Shown in pieces: positions 1 to 12,227 of a stretch of DNA of 64,000 nt (positions within the stretch are counted from its first letter, which is position 1; every line of letters starts with the position of its first letter). The notes beneath the pieces were generated by a model. The model was not told where the DNA came from. It made no database searches and saw only the letters and a program-made list of their open reading frames with translations. Source of the stretch: Mytilus californianus (Eukaryota); assembly GCF_021869535.1 (NCBI RefSeq), contig NW_026262690.1, positions 80,476,001 to 80,540,000 of the forward strand. Reading direction: 5' to 3'. The position numbers were made by a program, and so were the translations under genes.

Positions 1-371
1 AGTAAAACAAAATACATTGTCTGTTTAGTTCTCAGTGTGACCATTTGAATAACTGGATGGGGAGGAATATGATATTTTTTTGTTATTTAAAGTATTTTTT
101 ATCCGCCATTTTCAGGAATAATTGTTCGTTTTTAAGGCAATACTACATGAATTTTTATTTTAATAAAATGCTTCGCTGGGGCGCAGCTTGATACGACCGC
201 AGAGGTCGAACCCTGAACAGTTGGGGCAAGTATGGACACAACATTCAAGCTTGATACAGCTCTGAATTTGGATTGTTATTAAATATTTGACACAGCATAG
301 GTTTCTGACACAGAAAGAATGTGGTCTAAGAACTTGAATTTTTTTAATTTACCTATTATGGTCCAATGTCC

Positions 372-1985
372 AAAATCAAAATACATGGTTAGATTCAACA
401 TATCAAAGAACCCCATATATTCAATTTTTGTTAAAATCAAACAAAGTTTAATTTTGGACCCCAACTTGGACAAACTTGAAAACTGGGCCCATAATCAAAA
501 ATCTAAACACATGTTTAGATTCAGCATATCAAAGAACCCCAAGAATTCAATTTTTGCTAAAATCAAACTAAGTTTAATTTTGGACCCTTTGGACCTTAAT
601 GTAGACCAATTTAAAAAACGGGACTTAAAATTAAAAATCTAAATACACGGTTAGATTTGGAATATCAAAGAACCCCAATAATTCAATTTTTGATGAAATC
701 AAACAAAGTTTAATTTGGACCCTTTTGACCTCAATATGAACCAATTTGATAGCGGGGCCCACAAATAAAAAATCTAAATTCATGGTTAGATTCAGCATAT
801 CAAAGAACCCCATATATTCAATTTTTGTTGAAATCAAAAAAAGTATAATTTTGGACCCCAACTTGAACCAACTTGAAAACTGGGCCCATAATCAAAAATC
901 TAAACACATGTTTAGATTCAGCATATCAAAGAACCCCAAGAATTCAATTTTTGTTAAAATCAAACTAAGTTTAATTTTGGACCCTTTGGACCTCAATGAA
1001 GACCAATTTAAAAAACGGGACCCAAATTAAAAATCTAAAAACACGGTTAGATTTGGCATATCAAAGAACCCCAATAATTCAATTTTCGATGAAATCAAAC
1101 AAAGTTTAATTTTGGACCCTTTTGACCTCAATATGAACCAATTTGATAGCGGGGCCTACAAATAAAAAATCTAAATACATGGTTAGATTCAGCATATCAA
1201 AGAACCTCATATATTCAATTTTTGTTGAAATCAAACAAAGTTTAATTTTGGACCCCAATTTGGACCAACTTGAAAACTGGGCCCATAATCAAAAATCTAA
1301 ATACATGTTTAGATTCAGCATATCAAAGAACCCCATATATTCAATTTTTGTTGAAATCAAACAAAGTTTAAATACTGGACCCTATCTTGGACCAACTTGA
1401 AAACTGGGCCCATAATCAAAAATCTAAACACATGTTTAGATTCAGCAAATCAAAGAACCCCAAGAATTCAATTTTTGTTAAAATCAAACTAAGTTTAATT
1501 TGGACCCTTTGGACCTCAATGTAGACCAATTTAAAAAACAGGACCCAAAATTAAAAACCTAAATACACGGTTAGATTTGGAATATCAAAGAACCCCAATA
1601 ATTCAATTTTAGATGAAATCAAACAAAGTTTAATTTTGGACCCTTTTGACCTCAATATGAACCAATTAGATAACGGGGTCCACAAATAAAAAATCTAAAT
1701 ACATGGTTAGATTCAGCATATCAAAGAACCCCATATATTCAATTTTTGTTGAAATCAAACAAAGTTTAATTTTGGACCCCAATTTGGACCAACTTGAAAA
1801 CTGGGCCAAAAATCAAAAATCTAAATACATGTTTAGATTCAGCATATCAAAGAACCTCATATATTCAATTTTTGCTAAAATCAAACAAAGTTTAATTTTG
1901 GACCCTTTGGACATTAATGTAGACCAATTTGAAAACTGGACCCAAAATTAAAAATCTAAATACACTGTTAGATTCGGCATAACAA
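372..1985 (+). repeat. Tandem array of ~126/135/136-bp monomers forming a 397-bp higher-order repeat
   Basis: About 12-13 monomers each begin aaaatctaaa. Three diagnostic variants occur in the order A B C A B C A A B C A (A/B) C-partial. Equivalent ORFs start at 746 and 1143, 397 bp apart. Confidence 0.92.
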
Positions 1986-2423
1986 ATAAATAAATGTGAT
2001 CAAAGATTTTACAAATCTAATGCGCCATACTGTGCAATTAAAGATTACTTCTTGAAATTTTTCAATATTTGAAATTTGAAAAAAAAAAAATATTTGAAGA
2101 ATAATTCTTTTTAATTTCTGAAATCTGAAATGAGAAAAAAATTGGCCCCCCCACAATTTCTTTTTATCCCCCCCCCCCCTTTTTCCCCCAAAAAAATTCT
2201 TTCCCTCAAGATATGGTCATAATCTCAATTCAAATTTCCAATGGAGTTGGCAACCATAATTACCCATTTAAATTTACCATAGTGCTAACTTAATCTATTT
2301 TATAATAGAATTAATAAAAATATAGTGTCAAATCTTTCATATGGATTTTTTTGTAAAAAAAAAAGATGAAAACATTTGCAGATATTTTTACTGGTCTTCC
2401 TTTATAAATATGCATTTCTTTAA

Positions 2424-2608
2424 ACATAATTTAAAAGCAGTGTAAGGGAAGTAACCAAAACATTGTATTTGGATTACCTCCCTTACACTGTTTTAGATTA
2501 TCTTTATGTTCATTAACCATTACTTTATACATAATTTAAAAGCAGTGTAAGGGAGATAATTTCAATGATGTATTTGATTTATCTCCCTTACACTGCTTTA
2601 AATTATGT
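2424..2608. repeat. Two tandem inverted-repeat hairpins inside the family A element
   Basis: acataatttaaaagcagtgtaagggagataa (2529) pairs with ttatctcccttacactgctttaaattatgt (ends 2608). A degenerate second copy lies at 2424-2503. Confidence 0.85.
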
Positions 2609-2966
2609 TTTGTACTAAAGTATTTGTCCATTAACCAGGACAACCTTGTTTTTCCCCCTTTTTTGCCCCTAATTCCTAAACGGTTTGAGCCATAACCCCC
2701 CAAAGCAAATCCTAACCATCCCTTTGTGGTATGGAAACTTGTAGTATAATTTCAGAGAGATCCATACACCGTTCCACAGTTATTGTCTGGAAACTAGAAA
2801 ATGCTAATTTTTGGCCCCTTTTTGGCCCCTAATTCCTTAACTGTTGGTACCATAACCCCCAAAATCAATCCCAACCTTCCTTTTGTGGTATTTAACCTTA
2901 TGGTCAAATTTCAAAAAGATCCATTCACTTAAACTAAAGTTAGAGTGCGAAACCAATATGTATTCG

Positions 2967-3012
2967 GACGACGACGCCGGACGACGACGCCGGACGACGA
3001 CGACGACGACGC
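2967..3012 (+). repeat. (GAC)n/GACGACGACGCCG microsatellite at the element's 3' end
   Basis: Directly visible. Confidence 0.95.
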
Positions 3013-3247
3013 CAACGTCATACCAATATACGACCACAAAATTTTTTTGCGGTCGTATAAAAATAACTATATACAAAATGCTATTTGGTATATTTATATT
3101 CAACCTGAATTTGGAGAAATTTATTTTCACTTCATGATTTCTCCAGCCTAGATATTACAGGATAAGAATAATATCCCATTCAAAAATTAGAAGAAGTAGT
3201 CATCTAACTCATGTCTCTCCCCATACTTCACCAACACCTTAACTCAC

Positions 3248-3364
3248 CAGTTGCTGAGGAGCATACTGTGGGGAATGAGGCTCTCCAGTAGAGTCATAAC
3301 AATAATCAAATGTAAAAGTTTTTATCCTTTCTCTACTATCTCCATATTCTGCTTGGCTGTCTAC
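3248..3364 (-). CDS. STARD9: Kinesin-3 (STARD9/KIF16-like) coding exon 3; gene continues beyond the left edge
   Basis: tgtag acceptor and GTGAGT donor, 117 nt. Translates VDSQAEYGDSRERIKTFTFDYCYDSTGEPHSPQYAPQQL, resembling the STARD9 motor segment VDNRPDGFGDSREKVMAFGFDYCYWS (recalled). Confidence 0.85.
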
Positions 3365-4661
3365 CTACAATCATAAAATAATAATTTCAATAAATATACA
3401 TCATTTAATGACCTAATAAAAAAAACCTTTTGTTCTTTTCTCTTCTATTGGGGCGGGGGTATCTAACTATTCTGCATGTTCTGTAAGAATTTTGCTCACG
3501 TTACAGGCGGAACAGAGGTCAGTAGTTGTTTACATTGTTGTCCTTTGGTGGAAAGTTGATTACCATATCTCCTTATTTTGATACATACATGAATATCAAA
3601 GATGGTAAGATGAAATTTTGTGTAGTAAATTCACAATCATTTTCATCATTGATGACTGATGTGACATTCATTATATGCATCATTTGTTAGAGATATCTTT
3701 CTTTTTTCAGAAGGAAGGGGTCATTACTAAAGCCATAAAATAAGTCTGCTAAATAGAGTATCCCTTTACATGTATCTTACATGACTCAGGTGTATCTTGG
3801 TTTTTTTGTGACATTGGGTTGCTGTCTTATTGTTCAGTCACATTGACATAAACACCACAACTTAAACTATTAATAATATTATTAAGACCTGTTTTCAAAT
3901 CTCAGTGCAGATAAAAATACAGACCAACATGTACATGTGTATACATGCAGTTAAGGCAAAGACTTCAACAGACATCTACATATCTTTATCAAATGTTTAT
4001 CTGAAGGGAAAACTGCAAAAGGTTTAACTTTAGGCAAAAACAAGTTAATTTTGAATACTTTCTGTATACTTGTACTATATATGTTGGGATCCTAGAATTT
4101 TAGTATTATGAGTATTTACATTATTAACCTTGTATCCTGCTTATACATTGTATAATGGAAAAGATTATTTTAACATTGAAAAGTGAATTCAAGAAGCCTT
4201 TTTATTGTTGAATTATGTCCAGGACATCCCTGTGTATAGTTTTAACCCTGGAGTGATTTTTGGCAGGAAATATTTGAAATGACACAGAAGATAACATCAC
4301 TGATGTTTGGACAAGGACTTAAATCTTGTGACATATCAATAGGAATCTACCACTAAATCAACAAGCAATAGATTTTTGGTGTAAACACAATTCATCTAAT
4401 GTAAATCTGGTCCAGGATCTTTTAATTTCATTCTTACCCTGGAATGTATATATATATACATGTACTGTAGTTTTTTTTAAATATGAATTTTTCTAAGAGG
4501 GGGATTTGATTTTTAATTTGACAAAATTTTGTAGTACATTGTATATCTATATGTAGGTTTTATAATGCCTATTGACTTTCCTTTCCAAGTTTTCTTGTAT
4601 ATTAAATTAATCCTTAAATGGAGATTTATACTGCAGAAACTTCCTCAAGCAATTAATGATG

Positions 4662-4870
4662 GTTGGCTGCTTAATGTCCAGTGGCAAATTAACTGCATAT
4701 TCAGGACGAGAAACATGTTAAAGTTTTTTTGGTGGCCTTGGGCTGTTTTCTGCTCTTTGGTCAGGTTGTTGTCTCTTTGACACATTCCCCATTTCCATTC
4801 TCAATTTTAATGTGATACATGTATGAATATGAACCCTGCATTTTACTAGACCAACACCATGAGCCAGACT
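4662..4870 (-). mobile_element. 3' fragment of the tRNA-SINE family seen at 48275-48648, interrupted by a ~90-bp insertion
   Basis: gctgcttaa...gcatattcaggacgagaa and aaccctgc...tactagacc match 48300-48400. Foreign sequence occupies ~4722-4808. Confidence 0.6.
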
Positions 4871-7454
4871 TATAAATTGTCTTGATCTTGCTGTAGGTGT
4901 GAGCTTATCAGCTCATCTGTGATCACCTTCCAGCGACTCTTTAAGATGAAGAACAGCAATAAAAGCAGTATTTCTTTTGATTCATTAATTATTTCCTTAT
5001 ATTTAAAGAGTTTTTGTCTCTTGTACAATCCACCCAGTATCCTCTCTTTCCTGTTGATTCATTGTCATGACTCGTTGGATACCAATTTTCAAGGATTTCG
5101 TGTGTAAAGGTGGACAAGGAATTTAAGTGTTCAACAAAGTACATATCTATTATAGGCTTGTAAAATGTATACAGACTTTGACAAAACCATGAAATCAAAA
5201 TTCCAACAAAAATACAATTTTTTTTCTCAATCCACAAACATTGATGCCCAGGAAAATAAATGAATCCACTGTGTGAGTATCATAATCAGCATTTGCTACA
5301 TACATGTACCTTTGTGATTTTTGCAATATCATGCTACGGATCAACAGTCATGGCAGTCAGTAGCATATTACATGTATATTGATTTTAAAACTTTGCATGC
5401 TCTATTATATTCACAGTTATATCATAGTTCAATAAAAAGGATTATAAGAACATACAAAAATAGAAAACAATTATCATTTTTTTCCTTTAAAATTTGCATA
5501 TATATTACAAAAAGTGAAATGTAAATACTTGATCATTTTAAATACTAGAGTGTCTAATCATGCTAATTTTCAGTTTCAATACCTAGGACATTTCAAAGGA
5601 AATATTAGCATAAATTTAACATTTAAAGCTTCACAACTGTCAAGAATTGTAACATACACGATTTTCAAATACATGGGCATGTATGATATTTCCATAACAC
5701 ATTCTTCATACATTGTATATAAATACAATACAAAATGATCATGATGATAGCAGATTTTTAAATTTGCTAGTCTATGACAATTTTTGTGTAGATCATTCAA
5801 AATAGTATCAATGTAGAAAAAAATCTTTTATTTTTCATGGTATTAAAAAAATGGTTCCACTCCATGGTTTTAAAAATCTGCCGTTATTGAATGAATTCCA
5901 AGGTGTAAACTGTTATAATATGGATCACAGGATTACCTGTGTTGGTTGTACAAAATAGGGCATTCTCTTTAACATAGTTTAAGCATGTAATAATAAAAAT
6001 ATTTATGATATTACAAAAACCTATTGTCTTGTAGGCGGCAGTTAATATGTGATAAACCATGATTAATTTTTTATGGAGTTACGCCAAAACTGCCCTTTTA
6101 TTTCAATGCAGTTCGGGTTTTAAGGTCATTTTCAAGATATGACAAACACTGAGTGTACATGTATAGGGGTTAACTAATACTAAAAACGTCACAGCAAGGG
6201 GAAACCAGATTTACAAAAATTATTGATTTTTTGGTTACACTTTCAAAATTCATTTAGTAGATATATAATTTATGATCTAAGGATCGTACTGTTGCAAGCT
6301 ACATGTAATGCATTATGGATATAAATCTAATACTGGCAACAATCCCATCAGTGACTTTTAATTTTTGAATTTATCATACATGTACAATAACATGATGAAT
6401 GTATTTTTCTCTTCAAATTTAACATGTTTAATGTCAGTCAAATTGTACTGCTCAAAAATTAAATTCAACAATTATAGAACACCAGCCTACATGTACATTG
6501 TACATGTACATTTACTGTCAAACTTTTAAAATACAATTTGTAAATACAAACTTCATAATTTCAAACGGAGTTAAATTACATCAATAATCGTAATAATTAA
6601 CGAATGCAGATTTAAGTGCAATGTACATGCATGTGTAAAATGTATCATATGACACAAACATGTTCTAAATCAATATTGCCATCACTTGAAGCATCGTAAT
6701 ATGAAATAACTATAGTTTCTCAATCAACCAATAGAAAAATAAATAATAAAGCTGCTGTACATGCTGTAGCTCTAGGATAAAATTTTAAACAATCGAGAAA
6801 TACAATACATTGTGTGTTTAGGTACATTTTGTAACATCCTTTACACATGTAATTGTATATTCAGTTCATTTGCATAACATAAATTATATTTCATTGACTA
6901 AATCAATAAATGTAAACAACAACAATAGGTTTATAGTTATGATAGTGATAGGATAATCATCTAAGATCATAATAATATCAGAGGAAACAAATAATGCAAA
7001 TAACTATTTGTCCAGTTATAAAAATAAAAACATACATGTATCTTAAAAAAATAATACTGGCCGAGAAATGTTTTTGTTAATATAATGATAATATTTCCTA
7101 ATGAATAATTCTTTACTTTTAATATGGTAGCATTAGCAATATAAGTGCTCAACTCCCTGTCTGAAATTGATGAATAACAATAAACCCTTATAGGTAGAAA
7201 GAGAAGTAGGCACCCATTGATTAAGCAAACATATATGCATTGGTCCTGCTGGGGCGTTTAAAAGCCCCAAACCCCTTTCTTATTATGGTGACCACCGGTC
7301 CCTTAAATTCGGTATCCCCACATATTTACCTAGTAACTTCCTATGACGAAATGCTGCAAAGTTTTGACTTAATGGAAAATTGTGCATTTTCTGCCTTCAA
7401 TGTACAAACTAGGAAGGTATAAAAACTTCCAAAACGTGACTTATATTGTCTTAC

Positions 7455-7524
7455 CTTGATATTCGTTACACTAATAGCATCCCCATTTGTATCCACGATA
7501 TTTTTGCCATTTTGTTCTAATTCT
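7455..7524 (-). CDS. STARD9: Kinesin-3 (STARD9/KIF16-like) coding exon 2
   Basis: tttacag acceptor and GTAAGA donor, 70 nt. Translates (R)ELEQNGKNIVDTNGDAISVTNIK; phases match both neighbouring exons. Confidence 0.88.
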
Positions 7525-7653
7525 CTGTAAATATAAAACACAAAATTTTATGTTATATCCTCAGTAAATGACAGCTGTGTCTGCATTGATTAGCGCGTAT
7601 AAAAAACTTAAATTTATATATTACAGTTCTCTGAAAACTTTGCTAACTTTTAC

Positions 7654-7700
7654 CTTTTATTTATTGGACGAACTCGCACCGCTACTTTAACATTCGACAT
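7654..7700 (-). CDS. STARD9: Kinesin-3 (STARD9/KIF16-like) coding exon 1
   Basis: ATG at 7700 gives MSNVKVAVRVRPINK(R), the classic kinesin motor N-terminus. 47 nt, GTAAAA donor. Confidence 0.92.
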
Positions 7701-8379
7701 CGTATCATTTTTTATCCATTGTCTATTTTTGTCCTCCAAATAAATAAATACATTATAAAGAACGATTCCAAACTGTTAGAAAAGTTTAATCTCACAGCTC
7801 CCACAATATTCCAAATCAACTTTGTTGATCACGGTCATTTAACTACTCGATCATAATCATTGAAGCGTTTGACTCAAAGGTAAAAAAACCTATAAACACC
7901 AAGGTGCGCTCGTTTGTAATATTAAATGCCATATCAAGAAAATATTGATATACAGACGTACACTTTTAAAGATTATATATATAAATTAATTAAAAAATTA
8001 ATTACAGAAACTTGAACATAGAAATGAAAGATAATAAGTCCTAACAATAATTATGTTTTATTTCAATTTTTTTTCTGACCTTGACCTCACTATACGGGTT
8101 CGAATAATTGAATGAACGTATAAGCCTTCATTTTTCTTATAATTATCGATCAATTTTAACGATTACTATCTGTTGGGTTTGAATGTGTCTTCTGTTTCTA
8201 TTTCAAAATCTGTCTCAGGTTTTATCTCTATCGATTTATAAATGAGTTTCGAACAGCGGTATACTACTGTTGCCTTTATTTTCATCTGGGAACAGTATAT
8301 CTAAGTCAAGTCCCGTCAATATATATGTTCCTGTTTTCATGGACCTTTGGTCATTGTTTTTGGTTGTCTTTTCTCCTTA

Positions 8380-8660
8380 GGGAACGACCATTTAACCTCA
8401 AAGGGTTGGGTTATGGTTTTTTCCTAAAAAAAATATTCTGATCCCAATTTGATGAAAAAAAATATTGTGGTCAAGCAGATGACAAAAAAAAATATTCTGA
8501 ATCCAGATTTTCCCCATACCTTATAGTGTTTAATTTTGAAAAAAAAACACTTTGATTGATAGCGTTGAAAAACTAAAAAAAACGTCGCACTTTGCATGAA
8601 AAAAAAATTCTGACTCAGACAAAAAACCATACCCCCCTATGAAGTTAAATGGTTACTCCC
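8380..8660. mobile_element. PIF/Harbinger-type MITE 1
   Basis: Imperfect TIRs gggaacgaccatttaac / gttaaatggttactccc, flanked by TTA at 8377-79 and 8661-63. Confidence 0.75.
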
Positions 8661-8663
8661 TTA

Positions 8664-8684
8664 GGGAGCCACCATTTGATTTTT

Positions 8685-8715
<31 letters not shown>

Positions 8716-8934
8716 CTAGGATGAAATTTGAAAAAAAGGCAGGACAGGAGTTTTGAGTAAAAAAAAAAGGCAGAATGAGCAACTTGGCAAAAAAAAAAAG
8801 GCAGGATGACAATTTATGTAAAAAAAAGTCAGGAAAACTAATAAAAAAAAAGGCAGGACCGAATAGAGTGAAAAATAAAAAGGCAGGACAGAGATTACAA
8901 CTAAAAAAAATGCAGGACAAAATTTTTCATCCTA

Positions 8935-8968
<34 letters not shown>

Positions 8969-8987
8969 AAATCAAATGGTAGCTCCC
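8664..8987. mobile_element. PIF/Harbinger-type MITE 2 with long poly-G/poly-C tracts in its TIRs
   Basis: TIRs gggagccaccatttgatttt..G-tract..ctaggatgaaa / tttcatcctag..C-tract..aaaatcaaatggtagctccc. TTA at 8661-63 and 8988-90. Internal aaaaaaggcaggac repeats. Confidence 0.8.
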
Positions 8988-11224
8988 TTATGTCAAAAGG
9001 CTGCATGGTGCTCCTCAGCATGATTTATTTCTGTCTATTGTATATCTTTGAATTTTATATACAATTATAAGGACACAATAAAAAATACATTCTGAACACT
9101 TAACTCTATTAAGTTCAATAATATTGTCACAATTTAAAACAATACTATATATACCATTTTATAAATAGAAAATTTCAATTTACAGGACGCCTAGATAAGT
9201 ATTTACCATGTAAATAATGAGGCAAGTGGCAAGGGCATAGAAGGGGAGGGGCAAGGCAAACTATGTTTTTGCCCCACTCACTTTTTGACAAAAAATTATT
9301 GAAAATTAAAAAAAAAAAAAAAAATAAAAAATGAAACAAAACACTGGCTTAATTCTAGACTAATAGACTAGATTTTTTTGATACCTCTGAATGTAACCAG
9401 TGAAAGAAGATGACCTGGATGTTACTTTTTGGTTATCATATACATTTGTACTGTAATTTCAAAAGTTTTCACATTAATTATTGTGATAGAGGAATTATGG
9501 GTAAAAAGTTTGATTTATCATGTGATTTTAAAAAGGGATTTTAAAAAATGCAGCAAACAAATCAGTGGGGGATCTAGAATTTTTTGCAATAATAAAAATA
9601 TTGCAAAAGTTTCAAAATTTACAGTTTATAAATTCCCGGGATATTGTATGCTTTACATCATGGCAATCCCTTTCAACGGGTAAGTTCAAGTGCAAACGTA
9701 AAAAAAGTTTTGGATTCACTTGTATCGACTTGTATATTTATTTTCTATTTATTGATTTTCGACTGTTATGAGGTACCTCCTCTATTTATCTAAACAGCAA
9801 GCAAGCTCACAGTTCTTTATTATTTCATAATGCCATGATACCTTTAAAGTCAGGGTCTGTCTTTATAGCAGAATGAAACAAGAACTCTGTTATATCATGG
9901 AAGTAAAATGAATATGATACTTCCATGGTTATATGAAGCTGAATAATAATCCATTGTATAAAGAATTGGCCCGATTAAAAACAACTGGTATTAATGTGAC
10001 TGGTTCAATAGTTACAAATTATAAAATCAAAAGTTATTTTTAAATGTTGAAAAGAACCAGCATGAAACAGTACATGTATACCTGTTAAAATTCACATATC
10101 AATATGTATGGCCATTTCATAAATTGCAGAATGCACTAAAAATTGATGTGGGGGAGGGGTCCATGGAAAGTTGAAGGGAAATAAAGTTTTTTGTGCTTTC
10201 CTTGATTGTTTTTTTTTTTTGTTTGTTTATAACAAGAAAAAAAAATATGTTAATAGTAATCTTTTTTTGTGATTGATTTTATTGAAATTTAATACTACTT
10301 ATAAAGTATCTTATACTTTACAAGCTTTTAAATTAGTTCTGGATGGAATTGGGGATCAGAGACAAAGATTAAACCCTCTATCTTCATCACCACACACAAC
10401 TACCTATTCTGCTGCCTACGGTCAATTTCTTGAAAATAATTATGTAAAAAATGATAAAAAAATATTTAGAAAAATTTAGAAATATGAATATCAAAAATTT
10501 GAAACATGACCCACAAAACAATAGAACAGATAAATATGGCTTATTAAAAATGAAAGGCTAATATATACAAATATGCCTAAGTGGTATTGCATGGTGCATA
10601 TAAAATTTGATTTAATAATATTCTTCTGAAGGGATTAGTAATGACAGTTATGCTTAAAATATAAAACTTGTATTCTTTTACACCAAAAATAGTAAAAAAA
10701 ACTCCTTTTGGATGTTTATCCACTATACTCAGTGTAAAATCTTGGAAATAAAAACTAGAAGATTAGAAAAATGTCAGAAATATGTCTCATCTGTACCACA
10801 AGAAATAAAGGAACAAATACTTATAATAACAAATAAAGTTAATATTATTAGTAATGCTAATAGACAAAAAGCAGACTGATGTAGAAAAGTAAGGTCTTGT
10901 GTTAAAGGGTATAATTTTCTCAAAGAGAATTATTTTCCCTAAGAGAAGGAGCGAAACATAGAATTCAATTCTTTGGATTGTACACTTACTAATCAAAGGG
11001 AGATAATAAGAAAACAAATATTTAAGTAAATAGTTTTTAAATCCCTTGCATAATTTAAGGAGAATTCTCTGTATGTTGCAAATAGTTTTTGGAATATGTT
11101 TAATAAACACTAAAAAGGAGTATGATAACATGTTACAGTTTATGAACAAATAAACTGTTCTACTTTTGACTTTTATTCAGTGTTAAATATTGATGATATA
11201 TTCCAGACAATGTGCAACATTATG

Positions 11225-11400
11225 GCCATGTTTGTAGGCAGTAAGGGTCATCAGACTCATTTTTAAAACTAAGATTCCCTATGATGATTGTGGCAAAGTT
11301 TGGTTAAATTTTGCCCAGCATATTTAGAGGAGATGATTTAACAGAAGTTAACGGACGAAGATGACAGATGACAGATGACGGCCACTAAGTGATGGCTAAG
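11225..11400 (+). mobile_element. 3' fragment of a HINE-like element (related to 39050-40285)
   Basis: atggccatgtttg...aaactaagattccct...gatgacagatgacagatgacgg...aagtgatggc resembles 40085-40255. Confidence 0.5.
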
Positions 11401-12227
11401 TAGAATGTGTTCTTTGAAACAGATATCCATGTCCCAAAAGATGGCAGTGTTCAGAAAGCAGAACCACTTGCAAAATGAAAATCAGAAATCAAACTTGACA
11501 ATAATGTTGTCTATTTTCCATCTTGTTAAAGGGAAAAACCTGAGAAAGACATGTGAACATGGTGAAATGTACATGTATGTATAAATTCATTGCATTGCAT
11601 AAATATATTAAATGATTTCATAACTGCATGCTCAAGGTACTGTACTGCAGAACTAAGAACAAATTAAGCAACAAAAAATAAAAAGTGTATCAAATGCAAT
11701 CACGACCCATAAAGAAAAGAAACCATAAATTTGTCTGCTTTCCACATTACATTGGGCATATCTTTTGACAAATAAGTGTGTCAAATATGAAATTAACATG
11801 TGTATTGTCCCCTGTTTAGTGGTAGAATTGTATTGAAATAGCAATGGCTTTTATTGTATATGGTCAAGATATTGATCAGAAATTAAAAAAAAAATGAATA
11901 TTTTCTGCATTATTACAGGACATAACTTTAAAATGATATATGAAATGTGTCAAGTTCAAACCTAACCTGTGTTGAATGCTTCCTAACACCGTGATATAAC
12001 TGTAATGATCTCATAAAAGTATACACAGATCTATGAATGGACAGAAATCAAATTTATTTTTTAGTATTATCAAGGGACATAACTCTTGAATGACACATCT
12101 GAAATGAGTAAAATCAATACTCAACCTGTATTTTATAGGTTCTAAGCAGTGAGCTAAATTATCAAATTATTTTGTTCAATCATTGTCATAAATTTGAGCA
12201 AGAACCTCAATTTGAGGGTAATTACAC

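Larger units (their letters stand above)
165..3062 (+). mobile_element. Non-autonomous Helentron/HINE-like element, family A, long copy with two internal tandem arrays
   Basis: The 5' head (tgcttcgctggggcgcagcttgatacgaccgcag...) recurs at ~26951 (+) and ~54278 (-). The 3' end has a (GAC)n microsatellite and the hairpin tatacgaccacaaaa-ttt-ttttgcggtcgtata (3027-3059), whose arm tacgacc(g/a)ca also occurs in the head. The end is A-rich and no TSD is seen. This layout matches DINE-1/HINE/pearl-type elements. Confidence 0.75.

Noticed and set aside
279-1951. Cluster of 60-107 aa ORFs with repeated MVRFSISKNP motifs, and a possible CRISPR-like reading of the array
   Set aside because: The ORFs arise because the 126- and 135-bp monomers are multiples of three. 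The monomers are contiguous with no unique spacers or cas genes, and the DNA is eukaryotic.
8645-8966. Poly-proline and Lys-rich ORFs
   Set aside because: They are translations of the MITE's G/C homopolymers and A-rich internal repeats.
10787-11149. 120-aa minus-strand ORF
   Set aside because: Its composition (F, L, I, Y, K) is what AT-rich non-coding DNA gives, with no recognisable motif or fitting splice sites.
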